Positions 1 to 17,567 of a stretch of DNA of 64,000 nt are shown here, one piece after another. The stretch lies in the NCBI GenBank assembly GCA_040954595.2, contig CM082594.2:8315573-8379572 (forward strand). Reading direction: 5' to 3'. The position numbers and the translations under genes are program-made. This DNA comes from Balanoglossus misakiensis (taxonomy: Eukaryota; Animalia; Hemichordata). The notes beneath the pieces are model-generated. The model did not search any database. It saw only the letters and a program-made list of their open reading frames with translations, and was not told the origin of the DNA. The first letter of the stretch is position 1; every line of letters starts with the position of its first letter.

Positions 1-3471
<3,471 letters not shown>

Positions 3472-6400
3472 CACGAAGAAATACAGTCTGTGACATATAT
3501 GGATGGTGACATGTTACTTCGACAGTACTGGAATACGTAGATTTCGGTATTTCCTAACTGCCTTCCCACTGGGAATGCACGATACGGTGTCTGCAGCCTA
3601 TCATCACATGAGAAACGGGACTTCCAGCAAAAACCAGTCTGTGTACTGGAATGGATGAACCCTATCCTGTTTCCTGTGATGACAAGTGGTTTCATTTTTA
3701 TTTGGGGATGTAAATGTTATTGTACATAGATATTTTGCAATCTAATTTGTGATTTCAGAATATTTTTCATATTTTTCAGGTGGGGGAAGGGGAGATTGGT
3801 GGGGGAGGGGGGTTAAACACGAATTAATTTGCCAAGAATGTTATAACCCCCTGTCATATGCATGAATCTAGAGCTCCATTTGTCTTGCCTTTACATTGCA
3901 TAGAAAGTCACAATCCTTTTTTTATCTGTGCTTCCGTGGTACTGCATGCTTTGTGCTGATTACATTAAACTGGTAGTGTTACTCAAACTTTTTTCTTGAA
4001 GTGTCATTCCAAATGGAATACACTTTTAATATGCTGCTGAATTTCATCTTACTAACTGTTTTTAGTTTTGATTTATTAGACAGATAAAAGCAGCAAAACC
4101 CTGCCATGTTCCCATTGTATCAATTTATTTTTATTTATTGAATTTATTCAAGCTTCACCGCTCCAAACCTTTTTAGGGAAAAATGTCTGTAACAGTTCGA
4201 AGATATTTCGTTGTCAGAGCAATAGAGTAGCATTGGTTTTCTGAAATGGAACGTGTATCCTTTGACATTTCAAAACATATCATCTGAATATGAATCTTTT
4301 CTAGGCATTTTTCTCTTATGAAACATGTTTTTTTTTAGAAAACAGTATTTGTCTTCATGCATGGGGGATATGACAGTGTCTGTATATTCTGGAATTTGTA
4401 AAAAGGCCATTATGTCGTCAGTGATAAAATTTCAGATTTATGTAATTTATGAAGTCTTTTTATTTCTTTTTGGAATGAGAAGACTTGTGAGTGGTTGGTA
4501 TTGAATTATTAATGACGGAACAATCAGTAAAATGAGAATAAAACCAGAATCCATCATCTCTTGTTTGTTGCTTTGAATGCCACTTGAATAGTTTTCAGAT
4601 CTGGCCAAGAATTTGCATGTATTGCCTGCAGTTCACGCAATGGTTATATACTCAGAATGTGTTTACTACTGGTACCCATGGAAACAAAGTTGCTGCCACA
4701 GGAGTTATAAGACTTGCTGTGTGTTCTCAGCGTACTTAGTCGCTGAGAAAAAAAGGCATAGTCGTATCCCATGCTAAAAGACATGAAATTTAAGTATGTG
4801 CTTGGAGACATCATCTCTACGTCTTGAGCATGTCCACAAGATCCCTGGATAATAATTTCTTTTGTTTGTCTTCATGTCGTCACTTTAGGATGTGATTTAA
4901 CCTTTACTGCCGGGCTGATGGTCTGTTGTGTGGCACAGAAAGCGGCCACAAGTATCTTTTATTGGCCTTAATACACAGTGCCCGCTTTTCTGAATACAGG
5001 CCATTGTTCAAAGGGCGGCCGCAAATCAACAACGCTACAACCCATTACCACTGCGCAAAGAAACTACCTGTTGAATGCGCGCTGCCGGGAGAGGGTGACG
5101 GATTGCGTCCATAGCAACCATTGAGGACCGTATTTGCAGATGTGTGCCAGTGGCGTGGATTGCGTTGTGTGGTAATATCGACTGGAGCTGTGGTATTGTC
5201 AAGGTGTTCTAAGTTTAATGTAGGTATCCCCACAGCAGAGAGGAGATCACATTGGAATGTCATGTTTGTTTTACATCAAATGGCGTTACGCTGCAGCAAC
5301 GTTCAAGTATGAAATAAGAATTCACATTTTGCAATCAGTGATCCAATTCACTGGCTATTTCGGTCCTTGTTAAGACTCTCCGTAAACAAATATATAATCT
5401 TCCTGGTAAACTAGAAGTTTCGCTATATTAGCACACGAGGCCTGCATGGGTGGATGGGTGTCTCTACATATGCTGGTGGAGAATTTGCCAATAGACGTCA
5501 AGGGTTCGTGGTTGGTTGGCCTATCATCCGCAACGGAAATTCTATATGACTGGTTACTGTGGCAATCATAACGGTAAATCAATTGTTAGGCTCGCTAAAC
5601 ACCACACTAAACGGTGTTTGTATTTGTGATTTGCATTGCGACTAATCCCCTATACCTTAATGGGACCTAATGGGACACACACGCAATCACGGACCTTGTT
5701 TGAGCAGTGGAAATGATCAGGTTCGTAGTGGAATATTCTGTCCCGAAACCCCCTATTTTTGCCCTCTTATATTCCGCAAAATTCACTGAAATTTCAACAC
5801 AAACAAGGGCATAAAACGGCGACGACGTAGTACGCGATTCATGTCGACTATTTATGGGTAGTGATTGTCTTTATCGGGAAAATTGACGAGTCGAGTTCAG
5901 CTTTGATAGCCTGGTACGTCGTAACTTTTCTCCCAAGAATCAATAAGCGGACAGCGAGTGAAGACACCAAATTAAAAGGAGAGATAACTGCGCAAGACTG
6001 TCATTGTCGCTTCTTTACTCTCTGATCGAACGCTGTAACGGTCAACCGCTATGTAAAAGAGAAGTTTTGTACATACAGACATACATAAGCTGAAATTGAC
6101 ACAAGGTTAGATAACTGTTCTTCTTCGTTCGTTTCTTTGCAGGACTGGTGTCAATCTGCTTCGTACAGATTAAACCGTCGTGTCGGCAGCCAAAAACTAG
6201 AACAGTATAGCTGGTAGTGGTAGTTCAACACGACACCAAAACAAAAATCACCCGAGCCAAATATTTTCGTAGCTTTTAAAGGGATTGTGTACGGGGGTTT
6301 TGATATGTACATACAAATCAACGTAACCGTATCGCATTGAGCATGTCGTTGTTTTGTTAACAGTCATTGGAGCGTGTCGCGAAGGTGCTTGTCGAGATAA

Positions 6401-6488
6401 AAACATGACCTGGATGGATCGGTGAATCGAACAGTTCCGAAGCAGTATCTATGACTTTCTACGTTTATTTCGCTACACTATAACAAAG

Positions 6489-6925
6489 ATGAGCGACAAT
6501 AACGTCGGTAGCAGTCGCGGCAGCGGCGCCGTCGACAACGACGACGACGACCAAGCGGAATCTTTAATTCAGGACGATCCCGGCGACGACTCGGACATCG
6601 ACAGTGAAATTGAAGGTTTGAACACGTTCAGATTGTTTGTACAGCTTCCGACAGAAGACCTGACCACGTTCACGAACCTTCCCTCGGGAACCACGGTGTT
6701 TGATCTGAAGGCTAAAATTGAACTGGTATCTGGAATACCTGGGCAGATATACACATTGAATTACATGGACGCTGTCGATTTGGACGAGGAAAGTCGCTTG
6801 GTACTCGGTAAAAATATCCACAACGCAGATACGCTGAGAGTGCAGCTGTTACTGAGCTGGAACGAGTTGTTCTATTCAACTTGGAAAAACAACCTAGATG
6901 AGGTATGATATATAGGCATAGTATA

Positions 6926-7016
<91 letters not shown>

Positions 7017-10000
7017 TGTCTCGAGATACAATTCAATTTCACCAACGGTCATACAGTGTATTGTATGTGTTTGGTCAGAAAATATACCAAGTGTTTGCTC
7101 TTTGTTGTCCGCTGGGCTATTACATGTAGCTCAAACACAACCACACCGTGTATAGGCATACATGTCTTGTTGCCAGGCCCGAATCCTTGGTGCGTCAATC
7201 AAGTTCGTAAACATTTCACCTTTTTGTTGGACTGTAAATTGATCCGACAAACAAAATGCCAATTGGTCGTATTTCCACACAGCGCCACCATGCAATAAAT
7301 TTAACTGTATTTATTATGTACTCGGGCTCCGGCTGTACATGTATTTGTGATGTCACATTTGCAGTCCAAAACACACACGTAAGTCAGGTATGCATTTAAA
7401 CGCGTACTCGAAGCGACACTCGTAATATCGCAGAGAGGGTACTTCACTCCTTTGTTCGGCGACAGCAGACTCTATCTTTTTTACCGTCAGTGACAATAGC
7501 CAGCATTGTCATAGAGACTGAATGCGTTCTACAACCTCTCATCTTTTTTACAGGTCTACTACAATGGCGGGGTGCAATTGCTGAACCACGCGTGTTTCAA
7601 CGTCCATGACGCCCCGTCTCTTCAGCGCGTGATCGCCGAGAGGGCATTTGTTGCCCTGTATATATCTTGTCATCGTGGACACTTCAAACTGACCCAAGCG
7701 CTGCTAGGCATAGGTGAGGCTTCTGTCTATTCTGATTGTGTTTCTAACCGACCATGTTTAGGACGAAATTGATATTCTTCGCGGTGGCAGAGAGAAACAC
7801 GACTGTCGGTTATTTTGATATATCATTAATGAGACGCAGTTATTTTTATTAGGATACATCATGACAGATTTAGTTGGTATTGTGCCAAACCAGTTTCGTT
7901 CTGGTTTTCATACCACACGTCGATTCGTTCTCGGCCAAACCTGTGACCCACAGGTCGCACATTTATTTTAACCTTACACCCGAAAACCTTGCAAACCCGG
8001 GACTTCGATTAAATTTTATAAATTAAGTCAAACAAAGGAAAATTTGGCGCAGGCGGGTCACGATTAACGTTGAACAGGTGTAATATACGCACTGCACATT
8101 CCAAACAAGACAGCTACGTTAGAATGTAGGCAATTTATCTCGTCTGAAACTTCCCTTTTCATCTGTTACAAGGAAAATTTGCGATTCGAGGCAACGTTTC
8201 GTTCCCGTAACCGCGGCGTAACTAATCTTACACATTCGCTAAAGTACTTTACGACGTTTACTCAGCGATAAAGCTGTATTGATCAGCAAACACAGGGATT
8301 GTCAACACTACTCTGTTGGTAAGGACACCGCTATATAGTTTTTACAGAAAACAATTCATCGCGTGGATTGTTTCTCTCTCTCCGCCCCTAGTTCATTAGT
8401 TGACAACGAACGAAACGTAAAACACCTGTTGATCCGACAAAACATCTGGTGTCCCCAATATGTAAATCACGCCCTCCGAAAGTTTCGCCGACCGTTCTTG
8501 TCATTTAGCGTCGCGTCACATCGTGTGTACTTGCGTAGCCCGTGCGTTGGCAAAACCGAAGTCCCATTATTATTTTTAAAGGCCACAGGGCTCGGGATAA
8601 TGTGTGCATTGCCTACTGCTTATAATACCATTCTTATACCTGAACAGCGGGAAGCTTTACAAACCATAACAAATGTTGCATGACATGCATTCACGTGTCA
8701 CTTGGAAACCCGCGTCCTTCGACGAAATTATTTCCATGCATTTGGGTGGGATCAAAACACTCCTAACCTTCAGAAGCTTTATCATTTTTTTAAATCGATT
8801 CAAAAGAACGTCCTCGATTGACTGTGCGTGTGTCTTAGCAAAAAGCATTTAAGCGATCGCCAGAGAAAATCTTCACCGAAATCTTCACTTCATTTTAGGT
8901 GCCGACTACACAGGACGTACGTCGTACGGCCGAACACCGCTTCACGCTGCTGCTAGCCAGGGACACTTGGATATCATCGAACTTCTGATCAAACACGGGT
9001 CTGACGTCAGGGACAAGGACTACGAGGGAAAATCCGCGCTGGAAATCGCGAGTGAATTCAACAAAACCGAGTGTTCCAGACAGCTCTGGTTGCGCCAGTG
9101 GAATCTACGAGCGAGGCGACACTCGGACACACCCCGCGAGATGACCTCCCCACGAGTCGAGCAAAATGACATGTCCAGCGTCAGAAGTCTGAGAATGTCC
9201 TTCAGAAACACGCCAAGACAGGCGTATTTCCTGTACAAGAAAAACGAACCACAAACTCAGAGGGTCGAACTGAATGGCAAGCGATGTGGGCAAGTTACCA
9301 GAAGTGAGTGTACCACCGTCAGTGGAAAACTTTTGCACGTAGTAGAACTCAACGACTCGATACCATTGCCCCCATGCAACTCGCCAAGATTATTAACGTC
9401 CGCTAGGGGCCGTAATTCTATACAGGCCAGGAGTTCCGTGGACTATCCTATCCGAGAAAACTCGCTGACAGCCAAGATACTCGAGTTACACCTCAAGAAG
9501 GAAAGGGATAGTGAGCTTTCCACGTTGTTGTACAGAGATCCGGGTGAGAATGGCAGTGGCGAAGGGAAGGAGTCAAAGTTACCGAAGATGGAGCAAGCCC
9601 ACTTGGTCGCTCAGAAGAGGAAGGCTTCTCTTCCAAGTTCACTACATGGCGATAATGCGAATGGGAAAGAACAGAACGGTGCCGCTGACGTTCAGAGCAA
9701 TGGCACTGCCGAAACTACGACGGAGGAAAGCGAACCCGAAGCTAGGACCGACGTAAACGAAACTAGGACGGACGAAAACGAAACCAGGACAGACGAACAC
9801 GAAACTACAACGGAAGACAGCGGTACGACAACGAACGGTAGGAGACACAGCGATAAGGAAATTCACGTCAAATTTGTGGAAAATGAAGACCATAGTGAGG
9901 ATGGTGAACTACAGGAAGGAACTGTCGAAAACGATTATCCTGAAGAAACTGAAAACGATCCAACAACAGAGACTGCCGAAGATGGTACTCCAGAACCTCA

Positions 10001-11390
10001 AGAACAAGAAGAATACGAACAAGAGCAAGAGAATTCAAACTTAAACGACCACGAAGAGTTCACGAATCAGGAATCAGACTATGAAAGTGAAGGAGAAGAC
10101 GAATATTCCAGCAACTCAGAAGAGGAGGACGAAGTTCCCGATGTCCCTCCAAGAAAAACAAAACCTTCAGCAAAACCTCGCCACCCGAGGGCGCGCTCTG
10201 CACCCTTGCCTTCGTTTAATTACAGATACGGCAGCAGACCTGTTTCTGCAACGACCACCAGAAGTCTACCAACTCTGTTGTACAGGAGGTAAACTAATGT
10301 TAGCTTGAATAAAGGAGGATTAAAATTTGCTAAGTTACTCATGATTTAAAATGTTTACGTTTCTAACAATCTCGAAATAGTTGGTTGGGTGTCTTCAAGA
10401 AACATCGTGCTTTTTGTTTAATGCATCCACTTTCTTTTGTCCAGGGCGAAATCTGCTCTTCCACGAGTGAAAACCTGGAATATTTGGCTTGATCTCAAAC
10501 AACAACAGATCTCGTCTGGGGAGGCCGACAGGGCAGAGATTCGAAAGCAACGAAATTTGAAGGCCTATGAGGCCTGGATGGCGAAGAAGAGGGAAGAGGC
10601 GGCCAAAAAGGGAACCAGCGGATCTGAGGACAAGGATGGTTACAGAACCGATGAACGAGAGGTCGATCCGCATGCTTTCAGAAAATGGCTGAAAGAAAAA
10701 GAGCGGAGGGGAGAGCTTGGAATGGGTGCAGATACGAGCACAGAGTTCAGAGTATCTGATACTGTGCAGCATATTTACGGGACCATCACCTTCGAACAGT
10801 GGTTGAAAGAAAAACAGGAGCAACGTCGGCGAGAAAGTGAAGTAGAGTCAGTATCAAACGAAATCCCGGGAGACAAAAGACGGGAAGAAACAAAGAAACG
10901 TTTGGTCCAAAGCGCCAAATCTCACCAGGAGTGGTTAGCTGACAAGAAATACAGTGCAACGATCGAACAACAGAGACAGATCGCAAATAGCTCGGAGTTA
11001 GGGAAGGGAGACGACGTTGGCCAAGAGAAAGCGTTCCAGCAATGGTTGGCCAAGAAAGCCGAAGCCGAAAGAGCAGCAAGACACGCCGCCAACGGTCGAA
11101 CCCGTTCTGCTTACGTCTCCAGACCCCGCGATGGTGACATCAGCGACGAAAGCTTTCGCGATTGGTATGAAAAAAAGGCGGAAGAAATCGCCAGGAAGAA
11201 ACTGGCGAAAGCTCAAGCGCAGAGAAACGAGCTCGAGAAGAGGAAACAACGAGAACGACGACGGCAAAATCTTGTCTATCAGTCATTCTCAAACTGGCTG
11301 ACGAACAAATTACAACAGGACGTAAAGAAAGAGAAAGAACTTCTGAAACAACTCCAAAGATCTCGCAAAGCACAAGTGAAGTCCAGATAA
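6489..11390 (+). CDS. ANKRD60-like protein: ubiquitin-like domain, ankyrin repeats, acidic region and C-terminal Trp-repeat coiled coil (~969 aa)
   Basis: Phase-consistent exons 6489-6902, 7554-7713, 8899-10288, 10445-11390. UBL-like segment TTVFDLKAKIELVSGIP; ankyrin motifs ERAFVALYISCHRGH and GRTPLHAAASQGHLDIIELLIKHGSD; AATAAA at ~11589. The orthology name is an inference. Confidence 0.8.
6926..7015. repeat. (GAT)n microsatellite, ~30 units, in intron 1 of the ankyrin gene
   Basis: Perfect trinucleotide run; it generates the spurious poly-D and poly-M ORFs. Confidence 0.98.
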
Positions 11391-11672
11391 ATATGGGACA
11401 GGACACTTGTTAGATATTTCCATGATGCATCTCAAACAATGATCTTGTATTCTGTTGTCAATACAAACTTTAGAATGAAAGCAATGCATACACACCCACA
11501 TATTGGTCACATGCATTCTCCCCCTTTCCTTTGATGGACATTTACTTGAAGGTAAATTCTGGCAAACTAGTAACTAAAAACGCAAGAAAATAAAACCTAT
11601 GTGTATCAGTCATAGTTATTCATGATCAGGCACAACGCTTGCACTGGATAACAGCACCGACCATTCGAATCT

Positions 11673-14600
11673 TTATCCATCACTACCAGTTACCATAGTG
11701 ATCCACTCATCAGCTCTCCCCATCCCCATCCTCAGCACTATCATCATTTTCCTGTTCATTTTGATTCTGGCGCGGATTCAACGTGGTGAGTAGATTTCTC
11801 ATGGCCTCCATCAGTGTCTCGATGCTTCTCCCCAAGTCAGGAGTGGCTGCGAGTCCAGCCCGGCCCCCTACAGCACCTTGGTTACCGTCGTCTGGTTCAA
11901 CATGGCCGCCTTGAACAGCTGCTTCACCTTGAGTGTTCTACAAAAAATACAGAGCAACACATCTCAGTGAACAACAATTCAATATGAACTGCTATGATTA
12001 CAACATTATATTTACTACAGAACTGATCCCTGAATAAACTGGGATTACACCACATGTACGTGAAGAGTTCCTTATATTAACTTACCTCCATGTTATAAGA
12101 TGGTAATAATGATTGGAAGAATGCAGCTAGCGGAGTGATGTCACTATCTGACGGTCTTGCTCTTGTTCTGTGTTTAAATAAATCAGAAAGAGTGTAAAAT
12201 TTTACTTCAGATTTCAATCACATTTTAAAGAACTACTACAATTGTGTATCAGAGAAATTCCAAGCTTTGTATAAATCAAAATATTTTCCTTTACACCGGT
12301 AATACCATGCTATGCGTCACTTCATTATGAAGTTTATAAATGGGTAAATATAGACTTACCTAGGGGGTCTTGTATAGGAGACTATAGCATTGTTGGGAGG
12401 TAAAGGATCGTATGACATCACAGGTGAACTTGACAACTCGGGTGGAAGGGCTGTAGTGGCATCTTGGATTTCCGACACGACAATGTGACGTAGGATGTTG
12501 GTAGGTGTGCCTTGGTATCGTAGCTGTCTCCTGGATTCAATAAACACAAAACCTTTTCTCAAGACATATTCCAAATTTGATGAGTTTCGGAGTGAATGAG
12601 TTAACAAAATCGAGAGCTGAAAGTCAAACATGACCAAAGCGGAGACCGATACTCACTTTTTGCTGTACTGGTTGACTAACGGTTCCCCGTCATCCACTCT
12701 CTGCACGACCAGGCTCACATTCGATTCCAACCACTGAATCACTTCTGGTTCTTTCCAAACGGACGACGACCGACCAATGTATAAACCCACCAACTGCTGC
12801 AGACCAAGGGGTTGGCTGTAAAGAAATCGTAAACAAGTGTACATGTATATCGTGATCACTTGGCAAGACTTATCTATGAGTAAGACACATTGTGTTAGAA
12901 TACAAATACTGCTGAGGTGGGAAGAATCTGCAACCCTCTGGTTACTTACTTGTGTTGTGCTTTGACGAAGAAATGGTGACTGGCAACTTTCTTATCAGGT
13001 TGTACACTGCACTTGTCAAGTAGGGGTAACAACATCTGTATTGAGTGGGATGAAACAAAGAACTCAATATATTATGATTTCTAAAGTCAAAAACAAGAGG
13101 TGGTGTTTCTTCTAGCTCCTTGTCACACAGGCTATGAGATTTCACTTTAAAAACAACAACAACAACAACAAGTTCTTACGCCTGGAAACATGAGCAATGC
13201 ATTCTGTATCATGGAGTTAGCCGTTGCTAGGTGATCATCATCACTGTCATCTTTCTTCATGTGGAAATGTGCCAGAGCGACAGAAAAGGCAAAGTTTGGC
13301 AGCTGTGACAGATTCCTATGACCCTGAAAATTAGCACAAAAATGGTTTATTATTATATCATAAACTGTTGATGGGGAAGGTTTTGTTTCTATCAACCTGA
13401 AGTTCCCCCCCCCCCCCTGATTTCAAAAGCCTGCCATGAGAACCATATAATGTATTTGCTTATAGCTTACCTCCCATTCATTGTATAACCTGACTAGGAA
13501 ATGATATTGCTGAGATCTCAATGCATAGAAGTCAATCATGATTAGCACACACAGTGGGTCATTATCTGGATCTAAACTGAAAGGCCAAAAAATACAGACA
13601 TTATGAGAAAAATAGCACACAAAGATGAATAGTAGTATATAACACAGCAATGAATTTCAGACAATCTGCAAAGGTGGTCAGTGACACAGATACAAGTTCT
13701 TACCTTAGAAGTAGCTTACTGTGTTCCAGGGCAGTACGATAACAACCTCTCTGGCCAACAAACACAAGATGTCTGAATAAAGCTAAAAAGAAAGCCCTGT
13801 TTTCTTGTCTTCTGTAGTCCAATCGGCAATTGGATTGTGTCAAGTTAAACAAGACATGGAAATTACACTCAAAGGAAAACAAAGCCCGCTCTGTAAAGAA
13901 CAAAATGGGATAACATGAGTGGACTTGTAAATAGCTGTTTCTTGAACCACTTCAAAGTACAGAATACCAGAGTTGAATGTAGAGCCTCAAAGAGCTTCAA
14001 TAGTGTTCAAACTAAGGATTACTACCAACCTATAAGTTCAGCTGCCATCTGTAAATCTTCACTCATTTTACATACTTCACTGAGTTGAATTAAACTATCA
14101 ATATGATATGGATGCATATTCACTATATTCTGTAAAACAAATGGTATGGAAATCAATCAATCACTCATCTGTTCATCATCACTGACACACTACTATTGGT
14201 ACTGAAGCAGATTAATGTAACCAAAACACATTGTGATTAAACCTGACAGCAACATGTTGAAATTGTACTTACTACAATATTATTTGGATTTAGTGATTCC
14301 ACAGCATCCAAAAATTTAAACTGCACTTGTTGATATTCTTTAGAATGTTCAAATGTGAAATATTCATACCTGAAATAATAAACAAAAACATTTTACATTA
14401 TATAACGGGGCTGAACCAAACACTGATAGTGATGGGTGGGTTTGAGGAGATTATGTGATACATACCCACTCTTTGTTGCTAGGTGTTTCATAGACAATCC
14501 TGCAATGAGTAAGAGATAATACAAGACCATGTTGTGAATTTAATATGACTTCTTTCTCAAGAAAAATGACTAGTTACAAACCAACAGATATACCTACACC

Positions 14601-15674
14601 TAGGCAGAACAGAAATGTTCAAGAAAAACTTAAAAGTGAAAGACTTGCCTGTTTTTCCATGTGGTGGCCATGTTGATTTTGGTGCTACAAGCCATGTGTT
14701 TCTGTGTTGCCTGCTGCCATGACCTCTCCTCCTAAAATGTGACACAAGATCTTAAAGTCAGGTTGTAATTATCAACTGATATGCAGCTTAGATTAGGAAA
14801 TTTACGGTGCTCTTGTATACACCAGTACCAATCGCTCACCTTGTTTCATTTCGTACAATTTGTGAACCGAAAATTCTCCTCATCTCATTATCAGGATTCA
14901 ACTGTTTATGTTCAACTCCCAGCAGAGCTCTGGTGTCCATGGTGACAAGACTGACATCAGTATTCACATTCTGCGGAAGTTCTCCAAGAAGTTCGTTGAC
15001 TTCTCTAATACTTGCTTCGATATCATCTTCATTTCCAACCTGTAGAATTCAGAACAAATACGTCAGATATCATGGATATTTTTAAGTTGGCTTAAATCAA
15101 ACATGCTACACATGACACACCTCTACTTTGGCTGCATCTTTTGATTTCTTCTTCTTTTTCCTCTTCTTTTTCTTCGCCCCTGTCTTTTCTTCTGCTTTCG
15201 CTGGTTTTTCATCTTCACTTCTCTTTGACTCATCGTTCCCTTCGTCTTGGTTTACCACCTCATCATCATCATCAACATCATCATCATCTCCCAGCTGCAG
15301 TGTAAATCAGAGAAATCGTTGCTTTCTACTCGAATCTGTGGTAAACTCTTACACAGGTCTAATCTCCAGCGCACAACCGGTGTCGTTTCATATCTTAGTT
15401 TAAAATTGTCAAAAGTAAGAAAATACTAAGCTTATTTGATTTTGTGCAGACTGAAACAGGCAAGGAATACAGTATGATTGTCAGCATCTGGAACGAACTA
15501 TATCATGAGTGACGTGTTTTAACCTACCGCTAGGAAAGGGTTTACACTGGTCTTGGCTTTACTTCTGACATGGTTTACTTCAAGTCCTTCGTCGGAACTA
15601 GATCCATCGTCAACATTCACCGCTGGCAGGTCATCCTGAATCCCGTGCAACTTTCTGAGCGCTCGAGATGACAT
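11673..15674 (-). CDS. TCF25: Transcription factor 25 / ribosome quality control factor (Rqc1 homologue), multi-exon
   Basis: Starts [11 protein letters not shown] (ATG 15674; exon 1 15528-15674, exon 2 15121-15294). Conserved blocks [70 protein letters not shown] and YDPLPP. Ends ...[14 protein letters not shown] (stop 11673-11675). Confidence 0.95.
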
Positions 15675-15819
15675 CGCATCCACGGACACACATGGATCTT
15701 CACTTGTTGTGAAATTATTTCCTGTAAGTATAGCGCCCTCTCTTGTCGGTCACATTGGGTCAAGGGTCACGAGAGGTCATAGCCTGAACCGTGGTCTGTT
15801 CTATCATTTCTTCGTTTAG
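15675..15819. promoter_or_regulatory. Bidirectional promoter between TCF25 and RBFA
   Basis: Only ~145 bp separate the divergent ATGs. Contains TAGCGCCCTCT (~15731) and a DR1-like GGGTCAAGGGTCA (~15757). Confidence 0.65.
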
Positions 15820-17271
15820 ATGCCAAGTATTCGCCTCATGATGTTTGCGCGGTGGCCCGCGGCCGCGGGACAAGCGTTGCAGTGCTTGACAACGCGATAT
15901 TTTAGCAAGACTGCAGCTGCATTTGTGAACAAGAAAAGAATAATGAAATTGGTCAAGAAATCCAAGTAAGCTAAGGGGATTACCTAATGGTTGAATATAG
16001 CACGTGTGTTTTCATTGGCTCCTTGAAACATGGCCTCCGTGACCTATCGTCGGTTCTGATTGGCTAGTAATTAACTAGTATCTAAAACAGTGACATTTGT
16101 ATTGGTTTTATATTTTTCTAGGAAGAAATTCTATTTGCCAGGGAACACAGCACCACAACTTGGTCTTGTAAGTGTCAAGTTAGTTCACAGCCAATTTATT
16201 ATCGAGCCAATTAAAGCTAAGAATATTAGTAAAGTAACAGCTTGTTTGTCATTTTGTCAGAATTTAGGAGGAACAACAGCGTCAGGCAAGAGCAGAGGAC
16301 ACACTGCAAGACTGCAGATCCTAAATGCTGTGCTGTTCAAAAACATGTTGGATGTGGTGCAGTCGAATATGATCAGTGATGAACTTGAGGCTGCAAAAGT
16401 GGAAATCCTGAGGGTAGGCACGCTTATCTTGAACGTGAACATTCTCAAAAAGTATGTCTATTTTATACAAAGATATACACCAACTTAGAACCGAGTGTAC
16501 CTGCTAATATTACTGCATGTCTACATGTAGGTTCAGATGGCTGGAGATTTCAGTGGATGTCGAGTGTTTTGGCAAGCCACTGGAAATCTGGAGGAAGATA
16601 TCAAGATTCAAGACATACTTAACAAACATGCTGGACCTGTCAGGTTTGTACATGAAGTGTACTTGGATACACACCCTCCTTTTGTCATGATGTGGTGTAT
16701 TGGTTGATTTGTGTCATTTGTGTTATTCATTAATTACAATCAATCAATCCTGAATAGTATGGTCTCACCTCACGAATAGTCATACTCTTGGTCTTTTCTT
16801 CCCAGGCACAAGTTGACACAACTCAGGCTGATCGGCTTTCTGCCAAAACTTGTGTTTGTGAAGGACAGAGGTGCTGCCAATGTGGCTGAGATCGAACGAT
16901 TGCTGGCTTCCGTAGATTTGGGGCCGGATGAAGAGGAAATGGCTGACCCACCACCACAACATGGCACACTGGAATACATTGGAAAGTCGCACCCAGGAAG
17001 AGAAGCAGAGATGGATTTATTCGGACTGAATCATCAGGATTTAAACAGACAAATAATGCAATTTAGAAAGAAGCAGTTGAATGTTTCCGTGCCTGCAGTG
17101 GACAGGAAAGAATATAAGAGCTTCAAGTTGAAGAGAATGAAGAGAAAATCGACAGATAATGTGGACTTTGAATATGAATGGGACAGTGATGAGGAGATTG
17201 ACAGTGACACAGACAAATGGCAAGATGATTTCAGTGATTATGAAGATTTAGAACAACCAAAAGATAGATGA
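15820..17271 (+). CDS. RBFA: Ribosome-binding factor A, mitochondrial
   Basis: Exons 15820(or 15838)-15965, 16122-16167, 16261-16413, 16531-16643, 16806-17271. Basic transit-peptide-like N-terminus; RbfA motifs RLQILNAVLFK, DFSGCRVFW and PKLVFVKDRGAANVAEIERLLASVDLGP. Confidence 0.9.
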
Positions 17272-17567
17272 CAAATATCAAATATTGATGGAAACCTTCA
17301 TAATCATACATATGGATCTATTTTTGTATGATGAAAATTTGCATTGAATTTTCATGAAATAAATCTGAACATCAAATTAAAAATAATCAGTACTTCTTGT
17401 TACACACACAGACTCGGTTAACTTTTCATTATTTCAAAGATCAGGTTCCATTTTCCTGACTCTTGTACAAATAACAATGCAAGACCAAAACACATAAATA
17501 TTTCAATAAATGTGATTTTATTTCATTTGTACAAAAATATTGCAAATACAAAATTCGATCTGAGAGT

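Noticed and set aside
6905-7298. Poly-Asp and poly-Met ORFs
   Set aside because: Translations of an intronic (GAT)n microsatellite.
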